NCBI GenBank assembly: GCA_963752595.1
Contig: CAVVYZ010000014.1
Span: 98,678-162,677, forward strand
Direction: 5' to 3'
DNA length: 64,000 nt
Source: an uncultured delta proteobacterium
GTDB lineage: Bacteria > Desulfobacterota > Desulfomonilia > UBA1062
Part shown: piece after piece, positions 41,988 to 51,856 of the stretch
Position numbering within the stretch: the first letter of the stretch is position 1
How the letters are laid out: each line of letters begins with the position of its first letter
The notes under the pieces: generated by a model
Seen by the model: the letters and a program-made list of their open reading frames with translations, nothing else
Told to the model about the DNA's origin: nothing
The model's database searches: none
Position numbers and translations under genes: made by a program

Positions 41988-42562
41988 TGTTCTTTCCCCA
42001 CTTTTTCCAGATATTCTTCAAGCAGCCGCTTCTGGTCGTCCGTGGTCATGGAATTCGTGACCAGGCCTGCCGCCATATCCCCAGCCATATCGATGACCTG
42101 ATTCCGTAACGCATTTTTAGCCTTGAGGACTTCCTGCTCCGCAGACCACTTTGCCTGTGCTACGATGCGCTCTGCAGCAGCTTTCCCTTCCTCGATGATC
42201 CTTTGCTTCTCGCCCTCGAGCTCGCCCATGATCGCGTCTTTGATCTCCTGGATATCCTTATCCACGTTGCCGAGCTTCTGCTGATATTCGGCATACTGCT
42301 TCTCGGCATCGGCCTTTGCCTTGTCTGCATCTTCGATCATTCTGGCTATTTCGACCCGGCGGTCTCCGAAAAAGCCCTTCATCTTGTCAGCGAGCAGTTT
42401 CCAGAGCAGTGCCATAAGGATCAGGAAGTTGAAAATTCTCCAGATCATAGTCCAGATGGGATTGCCTTCATCGCCGCCGCCTTCGGCTGCAAAACAGACC
42501 ATTGCACCAGCCAGGATCAGGAGAACCAGTAGGGGGACAATCTTGTTCAGCCTTTTTATCAT
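41984..42562 (-). CDS. atpF: ATP synthase subunit b
   Basis: WRIFNFLIL TM plus long coiled coil; operon position. Confidence 0.9.
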   Translation of the reverse strand: MIKRLNKIVPLLVLLILAGAMVCFAAEGGGDEGNPIWTMIWRIFNFLILMALLWKLLADKMKGFFGDRRVEIARMIEDADKAKADAEKQYAEYQQKLGNVDKDIQEIKDAIMGELEGEKQRIIEEGKAAAERIVAQAKWSAEQEVLKAKNALRNQVIDMAGDMAAGLVTNSMTTDDQKRLLEEYLEKVGKEH

Positions 42563-42987
42563 GCAACCTTCCTCCCCAGAATCTGCTGTGCGATGGTAGA
42601 GGCCATGATACCGAGCTCGGGCTCGAGCTCTTTCTTCACCCGCGATATTTCCACGGTCATTTCATTCTGCACGTCGAGCACGATATCTTCAGCCTTCTTA
42701 CGGGCCCCATCGATGATCTCGTTTGCCTGATCGACGGCCTCTTTCCTGGTCGCATTTTTCACCGTGATCGCATCTATCTTTGCACTGTGGAGTTTGAGAT
42801 TATAGGCGGCGAAAACGTTCTGGCCTTCCTCGATGAGCTTCTTAGCATTTTCCTGCCCCCCGCTAATCCTCTCATCCCTCTCGTTGAGAATCATGAGGAT
42901 AGGCTTGTAGAGTACCTTGTTCAGAATGAACATGAGAAGCAGGAAGTTGCCTATCTGGATTAATAGGGTAAAGTTAACTTCTATCAA
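42559..42987 (-). CDS. atpF: ATP synthase subunit b'
   Basis: TTG start after AAGGAGG; NFTLLIQIGNFLLLMFILNKVLYKP. Confidence 0.88.
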   Translation of the reverse strand: MIEVNFTLLIQIGNFLLLMFILNKVLYKPILMILNERDERISGGQENAKKLIEEGQNVFAAYNLKLHSAKIDAITVKNATRKEAVDQANEIIDGARKKAEDIVLDVQNEMTVEISRVKKELEPELGIMASTIAQQILGRKVA

Positions 42988-43266
42988 AACGTACCTCCTT
43001 GCGCGATGAATATGAGGAGCAGACCGACCATAAGCGAAGAGACGACTCCGTGCCCAAGAACAGAGCCGAATGCCTTCTTCTCCCTGATCTTCAACCCAGC
43101 TTCCTCCTGATCTCTCCCGTTTGCCCTTTAAGGCTTTGCCGCTTTGTATAGCCATACCTGATGCCTTACCGAACGGCAATTCCCTTTTCCAAAAAAAGCA
43201 GCCGACCTTACCTGATCCGTACTGCCTTTTGCTTCCACCGTACCAACTGCCTTCGCTACGCTTCCC

Positions 43267-43446
43267 TTATACAATGAAAACAAGCATGAATGCTACGGCC
43301 AAGGTATATGCGGTTCCCAATACCCTAATAAATCGGGAAAGAAGCGTATTCCCGGCATATTCAGGTTTGCTGGAGGGAGCCCGGACAATCTGCGTCTCGA
43401 TGACGCCAGAAGTGAGAGTACATTTCTTAGAGGGTGAATCCTTCAT
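43267..43446 (-). CDS. Possible 59-aa small membrane protein
   Basis: ORF ending in a hydrophobic stretch (VLGTAYTLAVAFMLVFIV); no recognisable family. Confidence 0.25.
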   Translation of the reverse strand: MKDSPSKKCTLTSGVIETQIVRAPSSKPEYAGNTLLSRFIRVLGTAYTLAVAFMLVFIV

Positions 43447-43966
43447 CCTACAACCCACTCTTTTTCCAGATGCCCGGCTACCATAGCTCCTGTATCGCCT
43501 GTACACTTACCAGCCGCCGCTGAGTATCCCCGAAAGGAAAAAGGCAAAAACTCGATTTCGTGGGCGCACAGCAACTGATCAAGGTAATATCCCACACCGT
43601 ATACCCATGGATCCATTATTTTAGGATCCATTCAGGCCACAATGGCTTACACCCCGAAAGCCATATGCTTCTTTGCGACCTGGTGAAAACCTTTCTTCGT
43701 CAAGGAATGAATGGCGCTTCACTCATTCGCTTAGATTTTTCCTATCATTTCAACCTATCTGCTGTCAAGATTTTTATTCCCCGGATAAACAAGAACATGG
43801 AATGTCCGTCAGAAGCAAAAAGCACGGCAATACTTTATAATGATTGCAGAGTCTGTATTTATAATGTGCATGCCCCCGCAGCGCGTCAGACATTCATGAA
43901 GCCGGAAGATATTTCACCTCCTTGCGCAGAAAGTACTTGTATGTTATTTTTTATTTGGTGTGGGAA

Positions 43967-44179
43967 ATGGGAGAAATGACGCTCCAAGTGAGCCGGGATG
44001 ATATATCATACCTCCGGTTCATCCTGGAAGGTTACGACGGACTGGGCATTGTTACTACAAAGGACAATGTAAAGGCAGAAGTTATCATAACCTATCCGGC
44101 TAAACAAAAGACGTTGCTTGCTCAACTGATTGATGCGCTGCATAAAGAAGGGTTGGTAAGGGAGGGGAGAAGTCAATGA
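43967..44179 (+). CDS. DUF4911-like small protein
   Basis: ISYLRFILEGYDGLGIVTT pattern. Confidence 0.7.
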   Translation: MGEMTLQVSRDDISYLRFILEGYDGLGIVTTKDNVKAEVIITYPAKQKTLLAQLIDALHKEGLVREGRSQ

Positions 44180-44595
44180 AAAGAACCGTTCGGTTTCTGG
44201 GATACATCCTACTTGCTGTATTTTCTTCATCGATGCTCATGGGTATGTCCGGTGTAGGGACAGGATCTTCAGGGGGCCAGAACAGTTCGCTCCTGACATT
44301 CGATGCCAAGCTTCTGGATACGGAGAATACTACGGTACAACTCACCTCAGTTACCATTGACGGGAGAACGTCTTTCCAAGCGTACATGGGAAAGGGCAAA
44401 ATAACTATTCCCTTTGACCAGATATCCCGCCTCGAAATGAAAGGGAAGAATGCCTGCCTTACCCTGAAGAACTCCCAGAGATTATGCAACCTCAAGGTCA
44501 AGGAGCTTTCAAAGGTACTTGGGAACACCCAGTTCGGGCTCTATCAGATATCATTAAGCGATGTCGTCTGGATCGAATTTTCAAAGGCGAGGTAG
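44176..44595 (+). CDS. Hypothetical exported protein
   Basis: Signal-like N-terminus ending LMGM; ATGA overlap with the upstream gene. Confidence 0.7.
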   Translation: MKRTVRFLGYILLAVFSSSMLMGMSGVGTGSSGGQNSSLLTFDAKLLDTENTTVQLTSVTIDGRTSFQAYMGKGKITIPFDQISRLEMKGKNACLTLKNSQRLCNLKVKELSKVLGNTQFGLYQISLSDVVWIEFSKAR

Positions 44596-45089
44596 TGAAC
44601 TCCCTCGATTCCCTTTCCCTTTTCATAGGTCTCACCTTCTTGGCCCTCGGGTTCTATAACGGCCTGATCAAGAGTGTTTCCTCGCTCGTTGCCATCATTA
44701 CCGGGATGTACTGTGCGAAAAAGATCGAGCCGTTCATCTCAAAAATTCTCACGATATCCCATATCAAGAATCCCCAAGGGATGCTCGGATATATCTTCGT
44801 TTTCTTCTGCATCTTCATTTCGGTGAAAATACTTCTCTTCCTTGTCCGGAAGGTGACGAAGGCATCGGGCCTGTCAATCGTGGACCGGGTTTTCGGGGGA
44901 ATCCTCGGCGGGATCAAGGGCATCATCATCATCGTAGTAGCATGCACCATCCTGCAGATTGCCCTCCCGCGGGATTCTGCGATCTTCAGGAACTCCAAGT
45001 TCCTGCCCCATATCAACAAGGCTGTCTCGGTTGCCCATGGATTTCTCCCCAACGATATGTACAGGTACATAACCAGGGGAAGACATTAA
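44595..45089 (+). CDS. cvpA: CvpA (colicin V production) family membrane protein
   Basis: GFYNGLIK, DRVFGGILGGIKG, four TM segments. Confidence 0.85.
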   Translation: MNSLDSLSLFIGLTFLALGFYNGLIKSVSSLVAIITGMYCAKKIEPFISKILTISHIKNPQGMLGYIFVFFCIFISVKILLFLVRKVTKASGLSIVDRVFGGILGGIKGIIIIVVACTILQIALPRDSAIFRNSKFLPHINKAVSVAHGFLPNDMYRYITRGRH

Positions 45090-45171
45090 TTCCTCGTCAC
45101 CGGCTTCTGGGGTTTTGGGCCTGTACTCAGGGCCTGCATAAAGCCCTCGGCACGATCTTATCGTAAACTGA

Positions 45172-45471
45172 TTATTCCTCTTTTTCGGGATGGGTATCTG
45201 CGTTTTCTTCCAGAACGATATCTTCCACGTCCAGGACGTATTCCTCGACTTCCTCATCGGGCTCGATCGTTTCTTCGGTCTCATCAGGAATCGGCCGTAT
45301 GTCGGACTTCACTTTCGAGAGCACGCGCCGTTTCTTGCGCTTGAGCATCTTCTTGGTTTCTTCGATATTCTGGTCTTCTCCACAGGAAGGGCATACCGGA
45401 TGCGGCTTATTGAGGTCATAGAATTTCGTGCCGCACTTGTAACATTTGAATCTCTTTCCCAGATCTGCCAC
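45172..45471 (-). CDS. FYDLN-acid domain protein (TIGR02300-like)
   Basis: [25 protein letters not shown] with acidic tail. Confidence 0.9.
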   Translation of the reverse strand: MADLGKRFKCYKCGTKFYDLNKPHPVCPSCGEDQNIEETKKMLKRKKRRVLSKVKSDIRPIPDETEETIEPDEEVEEYVLDVEDIVLEENADTHPEKEE

Positions 45472-45589
45472 CAGACATCTCCTTTATTCCCATTAATATG
45501 TTTTCGTATAGTTCAGCAGTCTCCTGCGTTTTGTCAAGATAAAAAGATATTCTGCATATCTTTATTCATCCTGTAATTTCTTCTAGTTG

Positions 45590-45617
45590 TTGACTTATTG
45601 GACAGCCGCAATATAAT
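45590..45617 (+). promoter_or_regulatory. Sigma-70 promoter TTGACT-16-TATAAT
   Basis: Read directly; implies the downstream gene starts at ATG 45630. Confidence 0.6.
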
Positions 45618-45629
45618 ATGATTCATATC

Positions 45630-47468
45630 ATGGAACATATCCCGTCGATCTGGAAATTCGTCTCATTGTGCGTCCTTTTCCTTACCTGTATCTGTTCCTG
45701 TGCAGCTCCTGTCAAGCAGGCCCCGATCCATGAACCGAAAGTGATGTACACCCAGGCGGAGAGTGAGGAAAAGGCCGGGAACCTCCAGGAAGCCTCCAAT
45801 ACGTACGCCCTCCTGTGGAAGACCTATCCGGGCAACGAGCTCGCACCCAAGGCCCTGTATCGTGCGGCCAGGATTACTTCCGCACGCAATCCCGGGGCGG
45901 CCGTAGGCCTCTATCGCTCATTTCTTGCATCATACCCGAATTCAACCCTGAAGCCCCAGGTTGTCCAGAACCTCCTGGAAAACCAGATCAAGCTCGGAGA
46001 AATTGCCGATGCATACAGCTTTTTTACCGATGCCTTCTCGAAAAAACACGACCCCAAACTGATCCAGCCCGGTATCAGGCTGATCCAGGGCTCTCTATAC
46101 AATAAAGAATACACCAAGGCTCTCGATCTCACCTGCCTGATTTTTCCCTATGCAGGTAAAGCTTCGCAGAAGTCTATCCTGCCCTTATGGAAGTCTGCCG
46201 TATCGCACATCGATCAGGTCGAAGTGCTAGAAGAGCTTGAAGACAAGGTCAGCGACGACCGTCTCCAGGACATTGTCCTTGCCTGGGAGGCGAAGCTCTA
46301 CCTCGAACAAGGCAATCAGAACATTGCCCAGAATATTATTTCCCAGCTCGGCCCGGGAAAAGTCTATTCCTTATGGCCCGAGCAAGGTCTCAAGGGGGTG
46401 AAGAGCACCATCGGAGTCCTGCTGCCCCTGAGCGGAAAGTGGGAATCCGTAGGCCAGAAGGCACTCAAGGGCATCGAGTACGCGTCCAGGGTCTTCGGCA
46501 CCGAGGCCTCGCCCAATGTTGAATATCTTATCCGCGATTATGGAGACAACGAAAAAACGCTCCCCGCCATTATCGAGCAGCTCGATACCAGGGATAACGT
46601 CGTCGCCATCATCGGCCCCATAGGAGAATCCGCCGGGACAATCGCCTGCAGGGAAGCTCAGCGGAGAGGTATCCCATCCTTCATCTTCACCCGGGCGGAA
46701 ACTGCCCCGAGCCAGGAATCATACTGCTTCAATAATTTCGTTTCCGTAGACATTCAGGTAGAAGCCCTTCTCAAGGCAGCCTCAGCAAGGAATATCACCC
46801 GGTTTGCCATCCTGTACCCCGCCGATAATTTCGGAAAGGTGTTTACGAATACTTTCATCCGGAGAACCGGGAATTATGGGATAGAGATTACGCGGCAGAT
46901 GGAGTACCCGGCTGAAACGTCCAACTTTAAAGGGATCGTCCAGAATTTTGTGAAAGGAGGCCCGCGGCCCGCTCCCGGCAAGCCCAAGCCGGCCGTCTCA
47001 GGTTATGAAGCCCTCCTTGTCCCCGACACGGCAACCAATGCCGGCATGATCGCCACTTACCTGTCATATTTCAATGTGAAAGGGGTTCGTTTATTCGGCC
47101 CCAACCTCTGGGATACTCCTGATCTTATCCGGGTCGGCGGGAGCAGCATTGAGAATGCGGTATTCGTGAGCGGCTTCTATGCCAATTCCCAGCTCAAAAA
47201 TGTCCAGGAATTCAATGAGGGCTTTTCTTCGACATTCGGTTACAAGCCCTCCCTATGGGAAGCAACCGCCTGCGATGCGGCAAATATCCTCCAGAACTTC
47301 ACAGGATTGATGCCCACGCAGCGGAAAGCCCTGCAGAGCCAGCTCGGGAACCTGCAGGATTATCCCGGTCTCACGGGCAGAACATCATTCAAAAAAAACG
47401 GATCGATAGAAAAGGCGATCTACGTCCTCACCATCAAAAACTCATCGGTCATCGAGATCGTCCCTTGA
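45630..47468 (+). CDS. LpoA-like lipoprotein (TPR plus periplasmic-binding-fold; PBP activator family)
   Basis: Lipobox-like CSCA, TPR helices, IGVLLPLSG, AIIGP, YPGLTG. Confidence 0.75.
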   Translation: MEHIPSIWKFVSLCVLFLTCICSCAAPVKQAPIHEPKVMYTQAESEEKAGNLQEASNTYALLWKTYPGNELAPKALYRAARITSARNPGAAVGLYRSFLASYPNSTLKPQVVQNLLENQIKLGEIADAYSFFTDAFSKKHDPKLIQPGIRLIQGSLYNKEYTKALDLTCLIFPYAGKASQKSILPLWKSAVSHIDQVEVLEELEDKVSDDRLQDIVLAWEAKLYLEQGNQNIAQNIISQLGPGKVYSLWPEQGLKGVKSTIGVLLPLSGKWESVGQKALKGIEYASRVFGTEASPNVEYLIRDYGDNEKTLPAIIEQLDTRDNVVAIIGPIGESAGTIACREAQRRGIPSFIFTRAETAPSQESYCFNNFVSVDIQVEALLKAASARNITRFAILYPADNFGKVFTNTFIRRTGNYGIEITRQMEYPAETSNFKGIVQNFVKGGPRPAPGKPKPAVSGYEALLVPDTATNAGMIATYLSYFNVKGVRLFGPNLWDTPDLIRVGGSSIENAVFVSGFYANSQLKNVQEFNEGFSSTFGYKPSLWEATACDAANILQNFTGLMPTQRKALQSQLGNLQDYPGLTGRTSFKKNGSIEKAIYVLTIKNSSVIEIVP

Positions 47469-47502
47469 TGTTCTCTTCTTTTTATCATATGTATTTGTGC
47501 CT

Positions 47503-48171
47503 ATGAAGATACGCTTGGGTTATACCCTCCTTTTTATCGCTTTTCTGATGTTTGTCTCGGGATGTGCCCATAAGGATACGCAAGTCCGCTCGGCCCAGGA
47601 TATTTTCAAAGAGGCCAGGGAGCTTGCGCAGAAGGGCAAGGTCGATAAAGCTTCCGAGATGTTCATGGAGGTGAGGACATACTACCCCGGTGATGAGCTC
47701 GCAAAAAAGTCCCTCCTGGAGACCGGCGACCTGTACTACAATAACGAACTCTACGAGTCAGCCCTCCAGAGCTATGAAGAATTCCGCCTCCTCTATCCGA
47801 CCGACCCCGAGGCAGGCTACAGCCTGTACAGAATAGCGTTGTGTCATTTCAACCAGATGACCACCCTCGACAGGGATCAGAGCGAGAGCGTGCGCGCCAT
47901 CCAGACATTCGAAAACTATCTCTCTTCCTATCCGAATTCGCCGTACGCCCAGGCGGCAAAAGATCAGCTCGTCGAGGCGAAAACCTTGCTCGCGAGCCAT
48001 TACGTTTATATAGGCAAGTTCTACCTGAAGAAGAAAGACAACAAGGCCGCCTGCAACCGCTTCCAATATGTGAAAAAGCAATATCCCGGCATCTCGCTTG
48101 AAGACGATCTCGATGCGCTGATTTCTCAGTCTTGCAAAGCAGACAAACCTCAGCCGGCCCCGAAACCCTGA
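47503..48171 (+). CDS. bamD: Outer membrane assembly lipoprotein BamD
   Basis: Lipobox VSGC, FRLLYP, DRDQ, YPNSPYA, LASH..YIGKFY. Confidence 0.9.
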   Translation: MKIRLGYTLLFIAFLMFVSGCAHKDTQVRSAQDIFKEARELAQKGKVDKASEMFMEVRTYYPGDELAKKSLLETGDLYYNNELYESALQSYEEFRLLYPTDPEAGYSLYRIALCHFNQMTTLDRDQSESVRAIQTFENYLSSYPNSPYAQAAKDQLVEAKTLLASHYVYIGKFYLKKKDNKAACNRFQYVKKQYPGISLEDDLDALISQSCKADKPQPAPKP

Positions 48172-48284
48172 CGGGCTTTCCCCCGGGATTTCCTGTCAAT
48201 TTTTGCAACACTTCACAAATTTTTGTATACCCCTGCCCCCCGATGATTTACATATGGCCATGATATTACAGCGGCAGCTATCCC

Positions 48285-48300
48285 TGGCACGCTTTAAGCG
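48285..48300 (+). promoter_or_regulatory. Putative sigma-54 promoter
   Basis: TGGCACGCTTTAAGCG (GG-N10-GC); tandem AATTTTTG repeats at ~48196-48230 upstream. Confidence 0.55.
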
Positions 48301-48340
48301 ATAATTTCACCAACGGATCAGCATTCAGGAAATCTCGCGT

Positions 48341-48448
48341 ATGACCAAGAGGGAGATCATTCGAGCGCTCATCATAAGCCCGCTTTATTCCCAGCTCAAG
48401 CTGAGGGACCGGCCAAAACTCATACGCGATCTCAAACCGAAAAAGTAA
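48341..48448 (+). CDS. Putative 35-aa small basic protein
   Basis: MTKREIIRALIISPLYSQLKLRDRPKLIRDLKPKK*; AGGA RBS; directly behind the sigma-54 element; below the ORF-track cutoff. Confidence 0.55.
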   Translation: MTKREIIRALIISPLYSQLKLRDRPKLIRDLKPKK

Positions 48449-48476
48449 GAGCGCCTTTCCAAAGAAAATTTTCGTC

Positions 48477-50345
48477 CTACCTTCCGACCCCCAGTTTCCG
48501 GACGTTGTCCACCCGGACGGTAAAATGGATGCGGTCGAGATACTCAAGGTAGGGGATCGCGTACTTCCTGCTGACACCCACGATATCCTTCATATCTCCA
48601 GGGCCCATGGACTGGTGCTCGGTGATGAATTGCCGGACCTTTTCCTTGAGCTCTACCATGAGCGTTTCGTTAAGGTAGATATCATCCTTGACCTTGGTCA
48701 GCCTGCCTTGCCGTGTCAGGAAGCCTAAGACTTCTTCCATCTGCTTGGGACTGATTCCCAGGGATTCCGCAAGCTCGCTTACCCGGGGCGGCTCGAAGCC
48801 GCTTCTGGAGAGCCTTTCATAGACCTTCTCCCCGATGCTGCCGAGCGCGTCGCCCAGCGAGGGCTGGAAGCCTTTCATCCTTATGTCGGGCCCGACCTCC
48901 GAAATCTCTCCTTTTTTCATGAAATCCATGAGGACCTTATGAAAAAGCTTGGGGTCTACGCTGCCCTTGAGCGACGATCGGAGATGCTCCCGGGAAATCC
49001 CGGGCGAGGACGGGTGGCTTAAGTGGAATTCCTTGATCTTCTCGATCATGAGGCTTTTCAGCGAGCCGACATATTCCTCGAAGACGTACAGGTCGTTGTT
49101 CGGATCGAACCGGATGATCTTTCCGCTCGACAGGAGCTCGGCCATAGCCTTGTCCATGGAAGTAGAGCTCTCGGCAAATGCCGCTGCAAGCTGCCGCTTG
49201 GATATCCCCCGCACTCCTGCATCCTTGACGATCCCGGCCACCTGCTTCAGGCGATCTTCACTGAGCAGGTCGCGTGTGATCTCTTCGGAAAACCTCCGGC
49301 TTGGCGAAGGATTGATCACGGTCCCGCCGCCCAGGGTTTTGGAAGGCGAGATGCTCCTGATGATGAACTTGTCGTGGAACGTCGCTATGACAGGTTCTTT
49401 CAGGCGTATCCTCGCCACATCGATGCCGTCTACGGACCTTAAGTTCATCTCGCCCATGACCTCGGTGGTACCGATGTGGATCTTGATGGCGGATTTCCCG
49501 GGGTCTCCTATTAGATCCACCTGTGCATCCAGAAGACGGGTGGGCTCAAAGGTCCCGGCGGGCACGATCCACTGGCCGCGGGCGATGTCTTCCGTGGCCA
49601 GCCCCTGGAGATTTATGGCGGTGCGCATGCCGGCAAATGCCTTGTCCACTTCCTTGCCATACACCTGAATGTTCCTCACGCGCGCCTTCGGGCCGCCCGG
49701 CTGAACCTCGACCTCCTGTTCCTCTTCAAAGAAGCCCTGCTTGAGCGTGCCGGTGATCACGGTGCCGAAGCCCTTGATCGTGAACACCCGGTCCACGGGC
49801 AGGATGGGGATGCCGCTGATCCGTCTCTCGTCCAGAGACTGTATCTGCTCCTCGATGACTTCTTTAAGCTTCTCTATCCCCTCGCCCGTCGTCGAGCTTA
49901 CGGGGACCATGGGCGCCCTTTCCAGAAAGGTGTTTGATACGAAATCCCTGACATCGGACCGTGCCAGCTGTAGAAGGTCGTCATCCACCATGTCGATCTT
50001 GGTGAGCACGATGATCCCCCGCTCGATGCCGAGCAGCCTGCAGATCTGCATATGCTCGACCGTCTGGGGCATCACGCCTTCATCGGCGGCGACCACCAGC
50101 ATCACCAGGTCTATCCCGGAAGCGCCGGAGAGCATGTGCTTTATGAATTTGACATGGCCGGGGACATCCACCACACCAACCCTCTCGCCGGAAGGCAGAT
50201 CGAGCGAGGTGAAACCGAGCTCGATGGTCAGCCCGCGCTGCTTCTCTTCCTTCAGCCGGTCGCAGTCCACGCCGGTCAATGCCTTTATCAGCGAGGTTTT
50301 GCCGTGATCGACATGTCCTGCCGTACCGATAATGATTCTCTTCAT
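48477..50345 (-). CDS. selB: Selenocysteine-specific elongation factor SelB
   Basis: IIGTAGHVDHGKT, EEKQRGLTI, DVPGH, C-terminal winged-helix SRKYAIPYLEYLD. Confidence 0.96.
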   Translation of the reverse strand: MKRIIIGTAGHVDHGKTSLIKALTGVDCDRLKEEKQRGLTIELGFTSLDLPSGERVGVVDVPGHVKFIKHMLSGASGIDLVMLVVAADEGVMPQTVEHMQICRLLGIERGIIVLTKIDMVDDDLLQLARSDVRDFVSNTFLERAPMVPVSSTTGEGIEKLKEVIEEQIQSLDERRISGIPILPVDRVFTIKGFGTVITGTLKQGFFEEEQEVEVQPGGPKARVRNIQVYGKEVDKAFAGMRTAINLQGLATEDIARGQWIVPAGTFEPTRLLDAQVDLIGDPGKSAIKIHIGTTEVMGEMNLRSVDGIDVARIRLKEPVIATFHDKFIIRSISPSKTLGGGTVINPSPSRRFSEEITRDLLSEDRLKQVAGIVKDAGVRGISKRQLAAAFAESSTSMDKAMAELLSSGKIIRFDPNNDLYVFEEYVGSLKSLMIEKIKEFHLSHPSSPGISREHLRSSLKGSVDPKLFHKVLMDFMKKGEISEVGPDIRMKGFQPSLGDALGSIGEKVYERLSRSGFEPPRVSELAESLGISPKQMEEVLGFLTRQGRLTKVKDDIYLNETLMVELKEKVRQFITEHQSMGPGDMKDIVGVSRKYAIPYLEYLDRIHFTVRVDNVRKLGVGR

Positions 50346-50451
50346 GGTATTGGTATAATCAGATTCCTGCCCGGCAGTCAATTTGCATCATGAGGAACAA
50401 TTATTTAAGCTTGTGATTCTGACCCTGCAATCGTATAAGATTCAAGCATCT

Positions 50452-51063
50452 ATGGACAGGCGCTTCCACGTCATCATAGCCGTTCTCTGCTGCGAGATTC
50501 TCTTTCGCCTCGCCTACCAGACGTTCGATCTTAAGACCGACCCTCTGATCTACACGCTTTCGGCCAGACTGTTCGAGCTGTTTGTGATCTTGGACTCCGC
50601 ATACGGCCTCTCCGGAATCAAAACCCGGTCCATCAAAACCGAGATCCTCATCGGCATTGGTGTCGCCTGTGCGTTCGGTGCAGCCGTCCTGCTGGTTGAC
50701 CTTGCATCCAGAATGGTCATGGCAGGGGGAATCCTGAAGCTCATTCTGGGGAGACAGGAAGTACGGAACCCCCTGCTCTTCTTCCTGGCTGCGTGCATCA
50801 TCGGGCCCTTTGTCGAGGAGCTCTTCTTCCGCGGCCTGTTCTATTCATGGCTGAGGCAGCGCCTCCCGATGCTGCTTTGCGTAATCCTCTCCACCCTCGC
50901 TTTTGCAAGCATGCATGGCTTCCTCTCGCCCATCCAGCTCATCGGCGGCCTTGTCTTTGCCGTGCTCTTCGAGTGGAGAAAAAGTATCTGGGCACCGTAT
51001 ATCGTCCATATTGCAGCGAATACCGGCATCTGGGTCATACCGTGGATTTATCCGTTCTGGTGA
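50452..51063 (+). CDS. CPBP/CAAX (Abi) intramembrane metalloprotease
   Basis: PFVEELFFRG, FASMH, SIWAPYIVHIAAN. Confidence 0.9.
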   Translation: MDRRFHVIIAVLCCEILFRLAYQTFDLKTDPLIYTLSARLFELFVILDSAYGLSGIKTRSIKTEILIGIGVACAFGAAVLLVDLASRMVMAGGILKLILGRQEVRNPLLFFLAACIIGPFVEELFFRGLFYSWLRQRLPMLLCVILSTLAFASMHGFLSPIQLIGGLVFAVLFEWRKSIWAPYIVHIAANTGIWVIPWIYPFW

Positions 51064-51218
51064 GGAACACTCTATTACATAAAGGTAACGTGATCTTAGT
51101 TCATTATCACCCCGCGAAAACAGGGGTCTGAAGTACCGTTTATCAAGCTTTCCGAGGTTTCCTGACGGAAGCGTTCGGCGCTTGGAATGGTCGAGCCGTA
51201 CGCCCCTTTTGATCTCTT

Positions 51219-51566
51219 TTACCTGTCTGCTACGAGGACGATCTGGGACCCTATCTGTCTGCTGCCTGCAATCGGGCTGAGAATATCATGGTCGCTGCCT
51301 TTTTCAAAATCGGGAGACAGGTGCCTGAACTTTCCAAAGAAGAGATCGGTGACATACTCTGAAGGATCCTGCTGCTGTAGATATGCCGCATCATCCTTGC
51401 TCCAGGTTTTGATCGGGTGGAAAATCTGATAAACAGCAACATGTGCTGTGGATGCATCAGACATATTCCCGATCCGATCGTTATCAGAGACACGGGGAGA
51501 CTCGTTGCTGCACCCCGACACGAAAAGTAGAATTAGACTCGTAACGAGAAGAATACTTGTTTTCAT
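51219..51566 (-). CDS. Hypothetical lipoprotein (possibly truncated)
   Basis: Lipobox LFVSGC after a hydrophobic signal; GAGG RBS. Confidence 0.55.
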   Translation of the reverse strand: MKTSILLVTSLILLFVSGCSNESPRVSDNDRIGNMSDASTAHVAVYQIFHPIKTWSKDDAAYLQQQDPSEYVTDLFFGKFRHLSPDFEKGSDHDILSPIAGSRQIGSQIVLVADR

Positions 51567-51780
51567 GCCGCACCTCTTCAAAGATGATTTCGTTGACTTT
51601 TTTATCCTGCAGAAATGATACCACCTCCAGAAATTCGGCTAACGCATCGTATTTCATTAATTATTTTATCAATCATGAAATGGCATGGTTACATTTTTGA
51701 AATAATTCATGAATAACCATGACGGAAATTGTCCGGCAGTGCCGACGTTCCACAAACAATTGCACCAGTGAAATTTGATA

Positions 51781-51830
51781 TTGACAACAACTTTCATTAT
51801 TATTATTTTACCATTTAGTAAATTAGTAAC
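51781..51830 (+). promoter_or_regulatory. ars promoter (TTGACA-17-TATTTT) with overlapping AT-rich inverted/direct repeats (candidate ArsR operator)
   Basis: TTTAC-CATTTA-GTAAA and TTAGTAA x2 just after the -10. Confidence 0.55.
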
Positions 51831-51856
51831 TAACCTGATAAGGGAGACGGCTTGTC

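Noticed and set aside
43470-43690. c-di-GMP-I (GEMM) riboswitch-like words (GGCAAA, GGCGCA, GCAAAG, TATGGTAGCCGGG)
   Set aside because: Elements are on different strands or too far apart, and the P2 stem with a GNRA loop cannot be formed
51110-51218. Structured RNA between the CPBP gene and the lipoprotein
   Set aside because: No convincing stems or known motif; more likely the decayed 3' continuation of the lipoprotein ORF
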